64,000 nucleotides of DNA from an uncultured Thermus sp. GTDB lineage: Bacteria; Deinococcota; Deinococci; Deinococcales; Thermaceae. How positions within the stretch are numbered: position 1 is the stretch's first letter; every line of letters starts with the position of its first letter. A program made the position numbers and the translations under genes. This document shows, in pieces, positions 1 through 10,445 of this stretch. The stretch spans positions 61,360-125,359 of the forward strand of contig CAMTVD010000013.1 in NCBI GenBank assembly GCA_947085095.1. The letters run 5' to 3'. A model generated the notes under the pieces. The model was not told the origin of the DNA. It saw nothing but the letters and a program-made list of their open reading frames with translations, and did not search any database.

Positions 1-80
1 ACAAGGAGGCTTTGGTGTTTCTCCTCTTGGTGCCCGCCCTCTTTCTCCAAAGCCTCAGGGCCCGTGCGGTGGAGGAGTGA
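1..80 (+). CDS. 3' end of branched-chain amino acid ABC transporter permease (LivH-like), partial
   Basis: Frame from nt 3 reads KEALVFLLLVPALFLQSLRARAVEE*; hydrophobic C-terminus; TGA at 78-80 overlaps the ATG of the next permease. Confidence 0.6.
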   Translation, partial: KEALVFLLLVPALFLQSLRARAVEE

Positions 81-1828
81 TGCGTTACCTCTGGTTTGCC
101 CTCTTGCTCTTGCCCTTGCTCCTGGCCCCTTTTCCCTTTTACCTGACCCTCCTCAACTTCTTCGCCCTTTCCGCCCTGGTGGCCCTTTCCCTTTACGTCC
201 TCACGGGGCTTGGGGGGATGACCAGCTTCGCCCAGGCGGCCTTCATGGGGATGGGGGCCTACGCCACGGCCCTCCTCACGGTGAAGGGGGGGTTTTCCCC
301 GTGGCTGGGGCTTCTCCTGGGGCTGGCCCTCTCCTTCCTCCTGGCCCTGGTCCTGGGGGGGCTCACCGTGCGGCTTAAGGGCCACTTCCTGCCCCTTTCC
401 ACCATCGCCTGGCAGGTGGCCCTCTACATCCTGGCGGGGAACCTGGTGGGGCTTACCGGGGGGCACACCGGCCTCACCGACCTTCCTCCCCTGCTCCTCC
501 TGGGGCTTCCCCTGGACAACACCTTCCGCTATGCCTTTTTGGGGCTTTTCCTCCTGGTCCTCTCCGTCCTCGCCTTGCAGAACCTCCGGGAAAGCCGCCT
601 GGGCCGGGCCCTTCTGGCCCTGAGGGGGGATGCTCTGGCCGCCGCCAGCTTCGGGGTGGACCCGGCGGGCCTGAGGCTGAAGGCCTTCCTCCTCGCCGGA
701 GTCATGGCGGGGCTTGCGGGCTTCCTCTATGCCCACTTCCTCCGCTTTGTGAACCCCACCCCCTTTTCCCTGGAGGCCTCCATCAAGTACCTGGTGATGG
801 CCGTGGCCGGGGGGGTGGGGTCCATCCCTGGGGTCCTCCTGGGGGCGGCCCTCTTCACCGGCTTGGAGGACTGGCTCAAGGACCTCCTCCCCCTCTTCCT
901 GGGGCGGCAGGGGAACTACGAGACCATTGGCTACGGCCTCATCCTGGCGGCCATCCTCATCCTGGCCCCCAGGGGCCTCTGGCCCCTTCTGGCCCGCTAC
1001 CTCCCCCAAAAGGAGGGCCGCCTGCCCCAGGAGGCGCCCCTTTCCCTGAAGCCCCCCTCGGGGGCTAGGGGGGAGGTGGTCCTCGAGGCCCAGGGACTCA
1101 GGAAGGCCTTCGGGGGGCTGTTGGCGGTGAGCGGGGTCTCCTTCGCCCTGAGGCGGGGGGAGATCCTCGCCCTCATCGGCCCCAACGGGGCGGGGAAGAC
1201 CACGGTCTTCAACCTCGTCACCGGGGCCATCCCCCCCGATGGGGGCCAGGTCTTCCTCTTCGGCCGGGAGATCACCGGCCTTCCCCCCCACCGCATCCAC
1301 CCCCTGGGCCTGGGCCGCACCTTCCAGCACCCCCATCTCTTTCCCGAGCTTTCCGTCTTGGAGAACGTGGCCCTGGGGACCTATGCCCGCACCCGGGCGG
1401 GCTTCCCCCAGGTCCTCCTGGGCCTCCACCGGAAGGAGGAGGGAAGGGCCCTAGCCCTCGCCTACCAGGCCCTCAAGCGGGTGGGCCTGGAGAGCCTGGC
1501 CCTGGAGAGGGCCGAGAGGCTTCCCGCGGGGCAGCAGCGCCTCCTGGAGATCGCCCGCGTCCTGGCCTCGGGAGCGGAGGTCCTTCTCCTGGACGAGCCG
1601 GGGGCGGGGCTCAGGGCGGGGGAGAAGCGGGAGCTGGCCCACCTCCTCAGGTCCCTGAGCCGCGAGGGGTACACCATCCTCATCGTGGACCACGACATGG
1701 ACCTGATCATGGGCCTGGCGGACCGGGTGGTGGTGATGAACTACGGGGAGAAGATCGCCGAGGGCACGCCCATGGAGGTGCAGAGGAACCCCCTGGTGCG
1801 GGCCGCTTACCTGGGGGAGGTGGCGTGA
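80..1828 (+). CDS. Branched-chain amino acid ABC transporter, fused permease (LivM-like) + ATP-binding (LivG-like) protein
   Basis: Multi-TM N-half with LTGG-x-TG and G-R-A-x-x-A-x-R permease motifs; C-half Walker A GPNGAGKT, RTFQ, LLLDEP, DHDM. Confidence 0.9.
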   Translation: MRYLWFALLLLPLLLAPFPFYLTLLNFFALSALVALSLYVLTGLGGMTSFAQAAFMGMGAYATALLTVKGGFSPWLGLLLGLALSFLLALVLGGLTVRLKGHFLPLSTIAWQVALYILAGNLVGLTGGHTGLTDLPPLLLLGLPLDNTFRYAFLGLFLLVLSVLALQNLRESRLGRALLALRGDALAAASFGVDPAGLRLKAFLLAGVMAGLAGFLYAHFLRFVNPTPFSLEASIKYLVMAVAGGVGSIPGVLLGAALFTGLEDWLKDLLPLFLGRQGNYETIGYGLILAAILILAPRGLWPLLARYLPQKEGRLPQEAPLSLKPPSGARGEVVLEAQGLRKAFGGLLAVSGVSFALRRGEILALIGPNGAGKTTVFNLVTGAIPPDGGQVFLFGREITGLPPHRIHPLGLGRTFQHPHLFPELSVLENVALGTYARTRAGFPQVLLGLHRKEEGRALALAYQALKRVGLESLALERAERLPAGQQRLLEIARVLASGAEVLLLDEPGAGLRAGEKRELAHLLRSLSREGYTILIVDHDMDLIMGLADRVVVMNYGEKIAEGTPMEVQRNPLVRAAYLGEVA

Positions 1829-2553
1829 TGCTTTTGGTGGAGAACCTTACCGTGCGTTACGGCCCCCTCGAGGCGGTGCGGGGAGTGTCCTTGGCCCTGG
1901 AGGAGGGGGAGGCCCTGGCGGTGATCGGCCCCAACGGGGCGGGGAAGACGAGCCTCCTCCGGGGGCTTCTGGGCCTGGCCTCTTCCGAGGGCCGGGTTGT
2001 TCTGGACGGGGCGGAGCTCCGCTCCCGAAGCCCCGAGGGCCTCCTGGCCCAAGGGATGGTTCTGGTGCCCGAGGGCCGGGCCCTCTTTCCCGGGCTTTCC
2101 GTGGAGGACAACCTGCTCCTTGGGGGGTTTACCCGCTTCCGCAAGGGGGAGGACCTGAGGGCTGATCTGGAGCGGGTCTACGCCCTCTTCCCAAGGCTTC
2201 TGGAGCGGAGGCGGCAGCCCGCGGGGACGCTTTCCGGGGGGGAGCAGCAGATGCTGGCCATGGGCCGGGCCCTCATGGCCAGGCCCAGGCTCCTCCTTCT
2301 GGACGAGCCCTCCCTGGGCCTCGCCCCCCTGATGGTGCGGGAGATCTACCGCATCCTGGGGGAACTCAAAAAGGAAGGGACCACGCTTCTCGTGGTGGAG
2401 CAGAACGCCAAGGTGGCCCTGGAGCTGGCGGACCGGGGGCTGGTCCTCGAGGCGGGGGAGATGGTCCTTTTGGGCCCTGCGGCGGAGCTTAAGGAGAACC
2501 CCCGGGTGGTGGAGGCCTACCTGGGCATGGTCCGGGAGGTGGAAGAGGGATGA
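1828..2553 (+). CDS. livF: Branched-chain amino acid ABC transporter ATP-binding protein
   Basis: GPNGAGKT, VPEGR, LSGGEQQM, LLLDEPSLGLAP, VEQN; GGAGG 7 nt upstream of ATG 1828. Confidence 0.9.
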   Translation: MLLVENLTVRYGPLEAVRGVSLALEEGEALAVIGPNGAGKTSLLRGLLGLASSEGRVVLDGAELRSRSPEGLLAQGMVLVPEGRALFPGLSVEDNLLLGGFTRFRKGEDLRADLERVYALFPRLLERRRQPAGTLSGGEQQMLAMGRALMARPRLLLLDEPSLGLAPLMVREIYRILGELKKEGTTLLVVEQNAKVALELADRGLVLEAGEMVLLGPAAELKENPRVVEAYLGMVREVEEG

Positions 2554-2930
2554 GGGACCCCTTTATGGAGACCCTGGGGCTAAGGGTCCTCTACCTGGCC
2601 CCGGGGGAGGCGGTGGTGGCCGGGGAGGTGGGCGAGGGGCACCTCAACCTTCACGGCACCGCCCACGGGGGCTTCCTCTACGCCCTGGCGGATAGCGCCT
2701 TCGCCCTGGCCTCCAACTCCCGAGGGGCTGCGGTGGCCCTTTCCTGCCGCATGGACTACTTCCGCCCCCTCGCCCCAGGGGCCCGCGTGGAGGCCCGGGC
2801 CAAGGAGGTGAACCTTTCCCGGCGCACGGCCACCTACCAGGTGGAGGTGGTCTCGGAAGGCAAAAGGGTGGCCCTCTTCACGGGCACCGTCTTTCGCTTG
2901 GGAGGTGAGGAGGATGATGTTCCAGCCTGA
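2550..2930 (+). CDS. paaI: Hydroxyphenylacetyl-CoA thioesterase PaaI (hotdog fold)
   Basis: HLNLHGTAHGGFLYALADSAFALASNS motif; paa context. Confidence 0.92.
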   Translation: MRDPFMETLGLRVLYLAPGEAVVAGEVGEGHLNLHGTAHGGFLYALADSAFALASNSRGAAVALSCRMDYFRPLAPGARVEARAKEVNLSRRTATYQVEVVSEGKRVALFTGTVFRLGGEEDDVPA

Positions 2931-4251
2931 GTTGGAAACCCTACCGCGGGAGAGGCTTAGGAAGCTCCAGGAGGAGCGGCTACGCCACATCGTGGCCTAC
3001 GTCTACCAAAGGGTGCCCTTTTACCGCCAGCGCCTGGAGGAGGCGGGGGTGGACCCCAAGGGGGTGCGGGGCCTCGAGGACCTCCCCAGGCTCCCCTTCA
3101 CCAAAAAGGACCACCTGCGGGAGAACTACCCCTTTGGCCTCTTCGCCGTGCCCCGGGAGGAGGTGGCCCGGATCCACGCCTCTAGCGGCACCACGGGCAA
3201 GCCCACGGTGGTGGGCTACACCAAGGGCGACCTCCAGGTCTTCGCCGAGGTGGTGGCCCGGTCCCTGGCGGCGGCGGGGGCCAGACCCGGGATGATGCTC
3301 CACAACGCCTACGGCTACGGCCTCTTCACCGGCGGCCTGGGCCTCCACGGGGGGGCGGAGGCCTTGGGCATGACCGTGGTGCCGGTTTCCGGGGGGATGA
3401 CCGAGCGCCAGATCCTGCTGATCCAGGACTTCCGCCCCCAGGTCATCTCCTGCACCCCCTCCTATGCCCAGACCCTGGCCGAGGAGTTCAAAAAGCGGGG
3501 GGTTCCCCCGGTGGCCCTTTCCCTGGAGTACGCCGTCTTGGGGGCGGAGCCCTGGACCGAGGCCATAAGGAAGCAGGTGGACGAGGGGCTGGGGGTGAGG
3601 AGCACCAACATCTACGGCCTCTCCGAGATCATCGGCCCTGGAGTTTCCAACGAGTGCGTGGAGGAGAGGCAGGGGAGCCACATCTGGGAGGACCACTTCC
3701 TGCCCGAGGTGGTGGACCCGGACACGGGGGAGCCCCTCCCCGAGGGCAGGGTGGGGGTCTTGGTCTTCACCACCCTCACCAAGGAGGCCATGCCCCTCCT
3801 CCGCTACTGGACGGGGGACCTCACCTTCCTCACCCACGAGCCTTGCGCCTGCGGCCGCACCCACGTGCGCATGGGCCCCATCCTGGGCCGCACCGACGAT
3901 ATGCTCATCATCCGGGGGGTGAATGTCTACCCCACCCAGGTGGAGGCGGTGCTCCTGGGCATCCCCGAGGTGGAGCCCCACTACCAGATCGTGGTGCGCC
4001 GGGAGGAAACCTTGGACGAGGCCGAGCTCAAGGTGGAGGTGACCGAGGACTTCTTCCGGGAGATCGGAGAGAAGGCCCTTTCCGACGAGGTCATAGAGGC
4101 GGACCACCGCCTGCACGCCCTCAGGGAGAAGGTGGCCCGCAAGATCAAGGACACCATCGGGGTCAGTATGCGGGTCACCCTCCTGGCCCCGGGGCAGGCC
4201 CCGCGGAGCGAAGGGGGGAAGCTGAGGCGGGTTCTGGATCTGAGGAAGTAG
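2914..4251 (+). CDS. paaK: Phenylacetate-CoA ligase
   Basis: RIHASSGTTGKPT, AYGYGLFTGGLG, YGLSE, GRTDDMLIIRGVNVYP; start placed at ATG 2914 after GGAGG-rich RBS. Confidence 0.95.
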   Translation: MMFQPELETLPRERLRKLQEERLRHIVAYVYQRVPFYRQRLEEAGVDPKGVRGLEDLPRLPFTKKDHLRENYPFGLFAVPREEVARIHASSGTTGKPTVVGYTKGDLQVFAEVVARSLAAAGARPGMMLHNAYGYGLFTGGLGLHGGAEALGMTVVPVSGGMTERQILLIQDFRPQVISCTPSYAQTLAEEFKKRGVPPVALSLEYAVLGAEPWTEAIRKQVDEGLGVRSTNIYGLSEIIGPGVSNECVEERQGSHIWEDHFLPEVVDPDTGEPLPEGRVGVLVFTTLTKEAMPLLRYWTGDLTFLTHEPCACGRTHVRMGPILGRTDDMLIIRGVNVYPTQVEAVLLGIPEVEPHYQIVVRREETLDEAELKVEVTEDFFREIGEKALSDEVIEADHRLHALREKVARKIKDTIGVSMRVTLLAPGQAPRSEGGKLRRVLDLRK

Positions 4252-4254
4252 ACC

Positions 4255-4719
4255 ATGCGCCCTATTCCCATCGGTTACGAGGGGGTCTTTGAGACCGTGG
4301 TCACGGAAGAGATGACCGTGGACTTTGAGGAGCTGGGGCGCGTCCACCCCGTCTACGCCACCTACTGGATGGCCAAGCACATGGAGCTGGCGGGGCGGAA
4401 GATCATCCTCCCCTTCCTGGAGGAGGGGGAGGAGGGGATCGGGAGCTACGTGGAGGTGCGGCACCTGGCCTCGGCCCTGCCCGGGATGCGGGTCCGGGTG
4501 GTGGCCCGGCATGAGCGCACGGAGGGGAACCGGGTCCACGCCAGCGTGGAGGTCTACAACGAGCTGGGGGACCTGATCGGTCGGGGACGGACGGAGCAGG
4601 TGATCCTGCCCAAGGGTAAGGTGGAAGCCCTTTTTGCGGGGCTAAGGGAGCGGTGGGAGGCGTTTCGGGGGAGCGAGGTGGTTAGGGGAGAGATCGGTCA
4701 CGAGCAACATGAATCGTGA
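4255..4719 (+). CDS. Thioesterase, fluoroacetyl-CoA thioesterase (FlK)-like hotdog family
   Basis: VYAT-x5-[16 protein letters not shown] motifs of FlK-type thioesterases; follows paaK. Confidence 0.8.
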   Translation: MRPIPIGYEGVFETVVTEEMTVDFEELGRVHPVYATYWMAKHMELAGRKIILPFLEEGEEGIGSYVEVRHLASALPGMRVRVVARHERTEGNRVHASVEVYNELGDLIGRGRTEQVILPKGKVEALFAGLRERWEAFRGSEVVRGEIGHEQHES

Positions 4720-4764
4720 AATAATACACATATAGCCCACAACCCCCACGCCTCACACATCCCC

Positions 4765-6759
4765 TCACCGGGGCCTCCTCGCCACCAGGGTGAGGATGGT
4801 GTAAGCGGCCACCACCTTCCCGTCCTGGTTCTGCACCTCCACCGCCCACTCCACCACCCCGGTTTTATCGTCCCGGGGGCGTTTGCTCTTCACGGTGAGC
4901 CGGGCCTGGAGGGTGTCCCCGGCGGCCACGGGCTCAATGAAGCGCAGGCCCTCGAGGCCGTAGTTGGCCAGCACCGGCCCCGGGGCGGGGTCCACGAAGA
5001 GCCCGGCGGCGGCGGAGAGGACGAAGTAGCCGTGGGCCACCCGCTTACCGAAAAGGCTTTCCCGCGCTGAGACCTCGTCGGTGTGGGCATAGAAGTGGTC
5101 CCAGGAGAGGGCGGAGAAAAGGGTGATGTCCGCCTCCGTGACCGTGCGGCGGTGGGTGGTGAGGGTTTCCCCGATCTCCAGCTCCTCGTAGAGCTTGCGG
5201 AAGGGGTGGACCTGGGCGGGCTTCTCCGCCCCCTTGGCGTACTCGCCCAAAAGGGCCTGGAGGGTTTCCGGGTCCCCCTGGAGGGCCAGGCGGGCCAGGT
5301 GGGCCTTGACGGAGAGAAGCCCCCCCAGCTCCAGCCCGCCCCCGGCTCGCCCCGGCCCCCCGTGGAGGAGGCGGGGCAGGGGGGAGCCGTGGCCCGTGGA
5401 GGCCTGGGCGTCCCGCCGGTTCAGGAAGTGCACCCGGCCCACCTCGCCCCCGAGGCCCAGGAGGAGGAATCGGGCCTCCTCGGGGTCTGGGGTGGCAAGG
5501 GTGGCGACCAGCATCCCCCCGGCCAGGCGGGTGAGCCTCAGGGCCTCCTCTAGGTCCCGGTAGGGGAAGAAGGTGGCCACGGGGCCGAAGGGCTCAATCC
5601 GGTGCAGGGCCTCGGCCCAGGGGTCTTCCGCCAAAAGGAGGGTGGGGGGGAAGAAGGCCCCGTCCCGCCTCCCGGGGTGGGCCCAGTGGACCCTGGCCCC
5701 CGCTCCTATAAGCCCTTCCACCGCCTGTTCCACCTCCCTTTTCTGGGCCAGGGAGGCCAGGGGCCCCAGGTCCACCCCCTCCTCCCTCGGGTCCCCCAAG
5801 GTAAGCCCCTCCAGGTGCCTCCGGGTGGCCTCTAGAAGGGCCTCCAGGCGCTCTGCGGGCGCCAGGACCCGCCGGATGGCCGTGCACCGCTGCCCCGTCT
5901 TGATGGTGAGCTCGGCGGCGATCTCCTCGGCAAGGCGCTCCAGTTCCTCTTCTCCCGCCTTCTCCCCCAGGATGGCGGCGTTGAGGGAGTCGGTTTCCCC
6001 GTTGAAGTGGGCCCCCCGCTCCAGGAAGGCGGGATGGGTGCGCAAGGCATCGGCGGTGGCCTTGGAGCCGGTGAAGTAGACGCTATCCCGGTGGTCCAGG
6101 GCCTCGAGGGCCTCCCCCAGCCCCCCGGCCACGAACTGGAGGCTCCCTTCCGGGAGAAGCCCCGAGTCCAGCATGAGGCGCGCCAGCCCCTCGGCCACGT
6201 GGGCCGTGGGGGTGGCGGGCTTGACCAGCGTGGGCACCCCCGCTAAGAAGGCGGGGGCCAGCTTCTCCAGCAGCCCCCAGACCGGGAAGTTGAAGGCGTT
6301 GATCTGGAGCGTGATCCCGCCCTTGGGCGCCAGGATGTGCCGCCCCTGGAAGGAGAGGTCCTTGGAGAGGGGGATGAACTCCTCCTCGGGAAGGAGATTC
6401 CCCTCGGGGAGGGCGCGGGCCAGGGAGCTGTAGGCGAAGAGGACCCCGATTCCCCCGTCCACGTCGTACCAGGCATCCCGCCTGGTGCCCCCGGTGGTGG
6501 CGTAGAGGCGGTAAAGCTCCTCCTTTCGCTCCGAGAGGTACTGGGCCAAGGCCCTAAGGCGCTTTCCCCTTTCCTGGAAGCCGAGGGCAAGGAGGGCCTT
6601 GCCCCCCACCTCCCTTCCCCAGGCCACGGCCTCCTTTAGGGGGAGGCCCTCCGAGGTCACCCAGAAAAGCGCCTCCCCGGTGGCGGCGTCCCGGATGACC
6701 GCTCCTTCGCCGGCGCCCTCCCGCCAGGCGCCCATCAGGTAGCTCTGCAGTTTGCGCAT
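4765..6759 (-). CDS. paaZ: Bifunctional aldehyde dehydrogenase / oxepin-CoA hydrolase PaaZ
   Basis: ALDH motifs INAFNFPVWG, FTGS, KTGQRCTAIRR, EPFGP; HGSPLP-x-LLHGGPGRAGGG; C-terminal MaoC domain (WDHFYAH, VAHGY). Confidence 0.95.
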   Translation of the reverse strand: MRKLQSYLMGAWREGAGEGAVIRDAATGEALFWVTSEGLPLKEAVAWGREVGGKALLALGFQERGKRLRALAQYLSERKEELYRLYATTGGTRRDAWYDVDGGIGVLFAYSSLARALPEGNLLPEEEFIPLSKDLSFQGRHILAPKGGITLQINAFNFPVWGLLEKLAPAFLAGVPTLVKPATPTAHVAEGLARLMLDSGLLPEGSLQFVAGGLGEALEALDHRDSVYFTGSKATADALRTHPAFLERGAHFNGETDSLNAAILGEKAGEEELERLAEEIAAELTIKTGQRCTAIRRVLAPAERLEALLEATRRHLEGLTLGDPREEGVDLGPLASLAQKREVEQAVEGLIGAGARVHWAHPGRRDGAFFPPTLLLAEDPWAEALHRIEPFGPVATFFPYRDLEEALRLTRLAGGMLVATLATPDPEEARFLLLGLGGEVGRVHFLNRRDAQASTGHGSPLPRLLHGGPGRAGGGLELGGLLSVKAHLARLALQGDPETLQALLGEYAKGAEKPAQVHPFRKLYEELEIGETLTTHRRTVTEADITLFSALSWDHFYAHTDEVSARESLFGKRVAHGYFVLSAAAGLFVDPAPGPVLANYGLEGLRFIEPVAAGDTLQARLTVKSKRPRDDKTGVVEWAVEVQNQDGKVVAAYTILTLVARRPR

Positions 6760-6774
6760 GCCTTCCTCTTGCCC

Positions 6775-7230
6775 CTAGACCGCCTTAAACGCCTCAAACA
6801 CCTCCCCGCAAGCGCCACACTGGTAGAGCATCTTGCAGAGCGTGGCCCCGAAGGGGTTCCTGAGGACCACCTGGGGGCTTCCGCACCGGGGGCAGGCGGG
6901 GTCCTGGTGGGCCATGGGGAGGGGGAGGGGCGGGGCGATGCCGTAGGCGAGGAGCTTCGCCTTGGCTTCCTCGGTCATGGCCTCGGTGCTCCAGGGGGTC
7001 CTCTCCTCCACCACCTCCACCTCTCCCGCCCCCGCCGCCCTCAGGGCCCTTTGGATCTCCTCCCGGATGAGCCCCAGGGCGGGGCAGCCTGAGAAGGTGG
7101 GGCGGAAGCGGACCCTAATCTTTTCCCCCTCCACCTCCAGGCCCAGGACCATCCCCATCTCCACGATGTTGAGGACGGGGATCTCTGGGTCCTTGACCCC
7201 TTCTAGGGCCTCCCAGTAGCGCTCTACCAC
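6775..7230 (-). CDS. paaD: 1,2-phenylacetyl-CoA epoxidase subunit D (DUF59 + zinc ribbon)
   Basis: [36 protein letters not shown]; start moved to GTG 7230 overlapping paaC stop. Confidence 0.9.
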   Translation of the reverse strand: MVERYWEALEGVKDPEIPVLNIVEMGMVLGLEVEGEKIRVRFRPTFSGCPALGLIREEIQRALRAAGAGEVEVVEERTPWSTEAMTEEAKAKLLAYGIAPPLPLPMAHQDPACPRCGSPQVVLRNPFGATLCKMLYQCGACGEVFEAFKAV

Positions 7231-7982
7231 GCCTTGGCCTCCCGGTCCCAGCGGGCCACGGACTGCATCTCGGCGAGGAGGGACCACAGGTATTCCGTGT
7301 GCTCCTTGCGGCTTTTAGGCACGTACCCGCCCTCGGGCACCCTAAGCCCCACCCCCTTGAGGAAGCTTTCCACCTCCTCTAGGTAGGGGCCCTCGAGGGC
7401 CCGCAGATCCGGCAGGATCCCCGCCTCCACCAGGGCCCCTTCCTCCTCCAGGGGGCAGAAGAGCTGGCGGGCGTAGGGGAAGAGGAGGTCCAGGGCCTCC
7501 TGGGCCCTCCGGTGGGACTCCTCCGTCCCCAGGGCGAGCCTCTCCACCCAGAGGGAGGAGTGCTTGAGGTGGAAGCGCTCCTCCTTGAGGATGCGGCCCG
7601 CCACCTCCGCCAGGGGAGGGTAGCCCGACCGGGAAGCCCCCTGGAGCCAGAGGTGCTCGTAGGCGTCAAAGAGGTACTGCCGCACCATGGTGAAGGCCCA
7701 GTCTCCCTTGGGAAGCTCCACCAGGACAGCGTTCTGGTAGTCCAGGGGATCCCGGAGGAAGACCAGCTCGTCGGGGTCGCTGCCGTCCAGCTCCCGCCTC
7801 AGCTCCAGGTAGAGCTTGGCGTGGCCCAGCTCGTCCTGGGCCAGGTTGGCAATGGCGATGTCCTCCTCGAGGATGGGGGCGTGGCCCACCCACTCGGAAA
7901 GCCTTTGGGCCAGGACCACCTCGTCGTCGGCCAGGGCGGTGAGCTTCCGGATCAGGGCCTCCTTCAGGTAGGGGTCAAGCAT
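7224..7982 (-). CDS. paaC: 1,2-phenylacetyl-CoA epoxidase subunit C
   Basis: [32 protein letters not shown]. Confidence 0.93.
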   Translation of the reverse strand: MLDPYLKEALIRKLTALADDEVVLAQRLSEWVGHAPILEEDIAIANLAQDELGHAKLYLELRRELDGSDPDELVFLRDPLDYQNAVLVELPKGDWAFTMVRQYLFDAYEHLWLQGASRSGYPPLAEVAGRILKEERFHLKHSSLWVERLALGTEESHRRAQEALDLLFPYARQLFCPLEEEGALVEAGILPDLRALEGPYLEEVESFLKGVGLRVPEGGYVPKSRKEHTEYLWSLLAEMQSVARWDREAKAW

Positions 7983-8496
7983 CCTCCACCTCCTTGGCGG
8001 TGATGAGGCCGTAGTAGGACTGCAGGCGGTAGGTCTTGTCCTTGGCAGGGGCGAACCAGCTCTCTATGACCTCCGCCTTGGGCTCCGTGCCCAGGATCAC
8101 CCTCTCGGGCACCGCCCAGAAGGCCACCCCCTGGGCCTGGAGCAGGGCCTCCTTCACCGCCTCCCCCGGGCTCTTGGCCAGGAAGCGGCCCACCAGGTCC
8201 CCGTAGACCATGCTGCGGCGGTGGCTCCGCTTGGCGAAGACCCAGTAGGCCTCCGCCTCCCCCTCGGGCATCTCCAGGGCCATGGGGTCTCTAAGCCCCT
8301 CCTGGGTGACGTGGAAGAAGGCCTCCGCCGGGGCCACGAAGAGGGCGTAGGCGGAAGGCCGCCTCACGAAGACGTGCCGGGCGATGAGGAGGGCGTGCTC
8401 GGGGTCGGCGGCGTGCACCGAGCCCACCATCTGGGGCAGGCTCCTTTCCGTGTCCTGCTTGATGACCTCGTACCGGGGCCACTCCGTTCCCCACAT
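7975..8496 (-). CDS. paaB: 1,2-phenylacetyl-CoA epoxidase subunit B (double-length)
   Basis: WP-x-[16 protein letters not shown]2-AR-x-VF-x-RR motif; second degenerate copy in the C-half. Confidence 0.88.
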   Translation of the reverse strand: MWGTEWPRYEVIKQDTERSLPQMVGSVHAADPEHALLIARHVFVRRPSAYALFVAPAEAFFHVTQEGLRDPMALEMPEGEAEAYWVFAKRSHRRSMVYGDLVGRFLAKSPGEAVKEALLQAQGVAFWAVPERVILGTEPKAEVIESWFAPAKDKTYRLQSYYGLITAKEVEDA

Positions 8497-8505
8497 GGCC
8501 TCCTC

Positions 8506-9477
8506 CTAGTCAGCGGCCTGGGCCAGGCTCCGCTTGGCGTGGGCCTCGAGGGCCTCCCGCACCCAGCGCCCCTCCTCGTGGGCCCTCCTGCGGGCCAGGA
8601 GGCGGTGGCGGTTCATGGGGCCCTCGCCGCCAATCACCTTCCAGAACTCCTCCCAGGGGATGGGGCCGTGGAGCCAGTTCCCCGTCTTCTCGTCGTAGCG
8701 AAGCTCGGGGTCAGGGGGGGTGAGCCCCGCCTCCAGGAGCTCGGGGACGTGCTCGTTTAGGAACTCCTGGCGGATCTGGTCGTTGGTCTTGGTCTTGATG
8801 CCCCAGCGGAGGAGGAGGGGGGTGTGGGGGGATTCCGAGTCGTGGGGCCCCGCCATCATCAGGGTGGGCCACCACCAGCGGTTCAGGGCATCCTGGACCA
8901 TCTGCCTTTGCTTCCTGGTCCCCTTGGCGTAGAGGAGGACGGCCTCCTTCCCCTGCTTGTGGTGGAAGGTCTCCTCGGCGCAGATGCGCACCATGGCCCG
9001 GGAGTAGGGGCCGTAGGAGGACTGGGCCAGCATGGTCTGGTTCTTGATGGCCATGCCGTCCACCAGCCAGCCGATGATGCCGATGTCCGCCCAGGTGAGG
9101 GTGGGGTAGTTGAAGATGTTGGAGTACTTGGCCCTCCCCGAAAGGAGGGCTTCCACCATCTCCTCCCGGCTGACCCCCAGGGTCTCGGCGGCGTGGTAGA
9201 GGTACTGGCCGTGGCCCGCCTCGTCCTGGACCTTGGCCAAGAGGATGAGCTTCCGCCTTATGGAGGGGGCCCGGGGGATCCAGGCCCCTTCGGGGAGCAT
9301 GCCCACCCACTCGCTGTGGGCGTGCTGGGAGATCATGCGGACGAGCTGGCGGCGGTACTCGGCCGGCATCCAGTCCCCAGGCTCAATCTTCTCCCCCCGG
9401 GCAATCCTGGCCTCAAACTCCGCAAGCCTCTCCCCGTAGTCGGGGTCCTCCGGGTAGCCGATCCTAAGCCTGACCAT
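8506..9477 (-). CDS. paaA: 1,2-phenylacetyl-CoA epoxidase subunit A (di-iron)
   Basis: [33 protein letters not shown]; start at ATG 9477 with GGAGGTG RBS. Confidence 0.95.
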   Translation of the reverse strand: MVRLRIGYPEDPDYGERLAEFEARIARGEKIEPGDWMPAEYRRQLVRMISQHAHSEWVGMLPEGAWIPRAPSIRRKLILLAKVQDEAGHGQYLYHAAETLGVSREEMVEALLSGRAKYSNIFNYPTLTWADIGIIGWLVDGMAIKNQTMLAQSSYGPYSRAMVRICAEETFHHKQGKEAVLLYAKGTRKQRQMVQDALNRWWWPTLMMAGPHDSESPHTPLLLRWGIKTKTNDQIRQEFLNEHVPELLEAGLTPPDPELRYDEKTGNWLHGPIPWEEFWKVIGGEGPMNRHRLLARRRAHEEGRWVREALEAHAKRSLAQAAD

Positions 9478-10048
9478 CCTCACCTCCTTCTCCTGCGCCA
9501 AGGACCTTCAGCGCCATCCTGGCGTAGGCTTCCGAAAACTCCTCCAGAGACATTGGCCCCTCGGGCCGGTACCACTGGTAGGTCCAGTTGAGGGCCGAGA
9601 GGAGGAAGAGGGTGGCCAGGCGGGGGTTGTCCACCCGGAAAACCCCCTTTTCCACCCCCTCGGCGATGACCCGCTGCACCCCTTCCTCGTAGCGGTCCCT
9701 TAGGGCCTTGGCCTCCTCCAGGAGGGGAGGGGAGAGGTGCTTCCACTCGTGGAAGAAGACCGTGGCCCGGGGAAGCTCCTCGGCGATGACCCTGAGGTGC
9801 CCCTTGACCAAGGCCACCAGGCGCTCCCTGGGCCCGGCCTCCGGGAGGCCCTCCAGCACCTCCTGGAAGCGGGCCGCCGCCTGGCGCACCACCTCCAGGA
9901 GGAGCTCTTCCTTGGAGGCGATGTGGGCGTAGAGGCTTCCCCCCTGGAGGTTCAGGGCCTGGGCCAGGTCGCGGATGCTGGTGGCGTGGTACCCCCGCTG
10001 GCTGAAGAGGTGTCCGGCCATCTGGAGGATCTGGCTGCGGCGGTCCAT
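9464..10048 (-). CDS. paaR: TetR-family repressor of the paa genes
   Basis: TetR HTH ([11 protein letters not shown]...GSLYAHI-x-SKEELL), first gene of paa operon as in Thermus. Confidence 0.88.
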   Translation of the reverse strand: MDRRSQILQMAGHLFSQRGYHATSIRDLAQALNLQGGSLYAHIASKEELLLEVVRQAAARFQEVLEGLPEAGPRERLVALVKGHLRVIAEELPRATVFFHEWKHLSPPLLEEAKALRDRYEEGVQRVIAEGVEKGVFRVDNPRLATLFLLSALNWTYQWYRPEGPMSLEEFSEAYARMALKVLGAGEGGEDGQA

Positions 10049-10050
10049 GG

Positions 10051-10095
10051 CTAACGATCGCTTGTTAGGTTAGCACAGCCCGAGTATAGGGACAA
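10051..10095 (-). promoter_or_regulatory. paaR promoter (-35 TTGTCC, 17 bp, -10 TAACCT) with putative PaaR operator CAAGCGATCGTTAG at 10051-10064
   Basis: -35 at 10090-10095 and -10 at 10067-10072 on minus strand; pseudopalindrome one mismatch from the recalled Thermus PaaR consensus CNAACRNNCGTTMG, directly before the ATG. Confidence 0.65.
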
Positions 10096-10102
10096 GTGTC
10101 CC
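10089..10102. promoter_or_regulatory. GGGAC-N4-GTCCC palindromic operator overlapping paaR -35
   Basis: GGGACAAGTGTCCC; same motif family at 54337, 62206/62220, 63728/63742, 63796. Confidence 0.5.
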
Positions 10103-10113
10103 AAGTCACCTTT

Positions 10114-10142
10114 CGCCCCATCCCCACGTGGGTGGGAACTAC
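10114..10142 (-). CRISPR. Solitary degenerate type I-E-like CRISPR repeat (A)
   Basis: Minus strand GTAGTTCCCACCCACGTGGGGATGGGGCG, 25/29 identical to the recalled Thermus I-E repeat GTAGTCCCCACGCACGTGGGGATGGACCG; stem retained; no second copy at ~61 bp period. Confidence 0.7.
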
Positions 10143-10445
10143 GAGACCGCCCAGGCCGCGGTGGCCTTGCCCTTATAAAGGGCTGTTTGACCTCATGATT
10201 GCGGCGACCCCTTGGGCACACAACCGCACCTTGCTCACCGAAAACACCAGGGACTCCGCCGCCGGGTGAGCGAGGAGGGCAGCCCCAGCCGAGGCGGTGC
10301 GCAAAGCGGAAAAGCTAACCAATCAGAGGCAACGCTATCCAAACCACGCCGCCAGTGCTTCCGAAGGGGACCTTGACAATCAAAACCCGCAATAGCTCCT
10401 GATAAGACACACAACAGGGGTCAGCGGGCTTTTTCGCCGTCCTGG

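Noticed and set aside
4680..4764. AT-richer stretch between thioesterase and paaZ as ncRNA or repeat relic
   Set aside because: No clear hairpin, repeat match or terminator; at most a small insertion scar
10161..10197. Possible att-like repeat with 40528-40559 (TGGCCTTG..CCC..TTTGACC..ATG)
   Set aside because: Short, gapped similarity; no integrase or tRNA; could be chance
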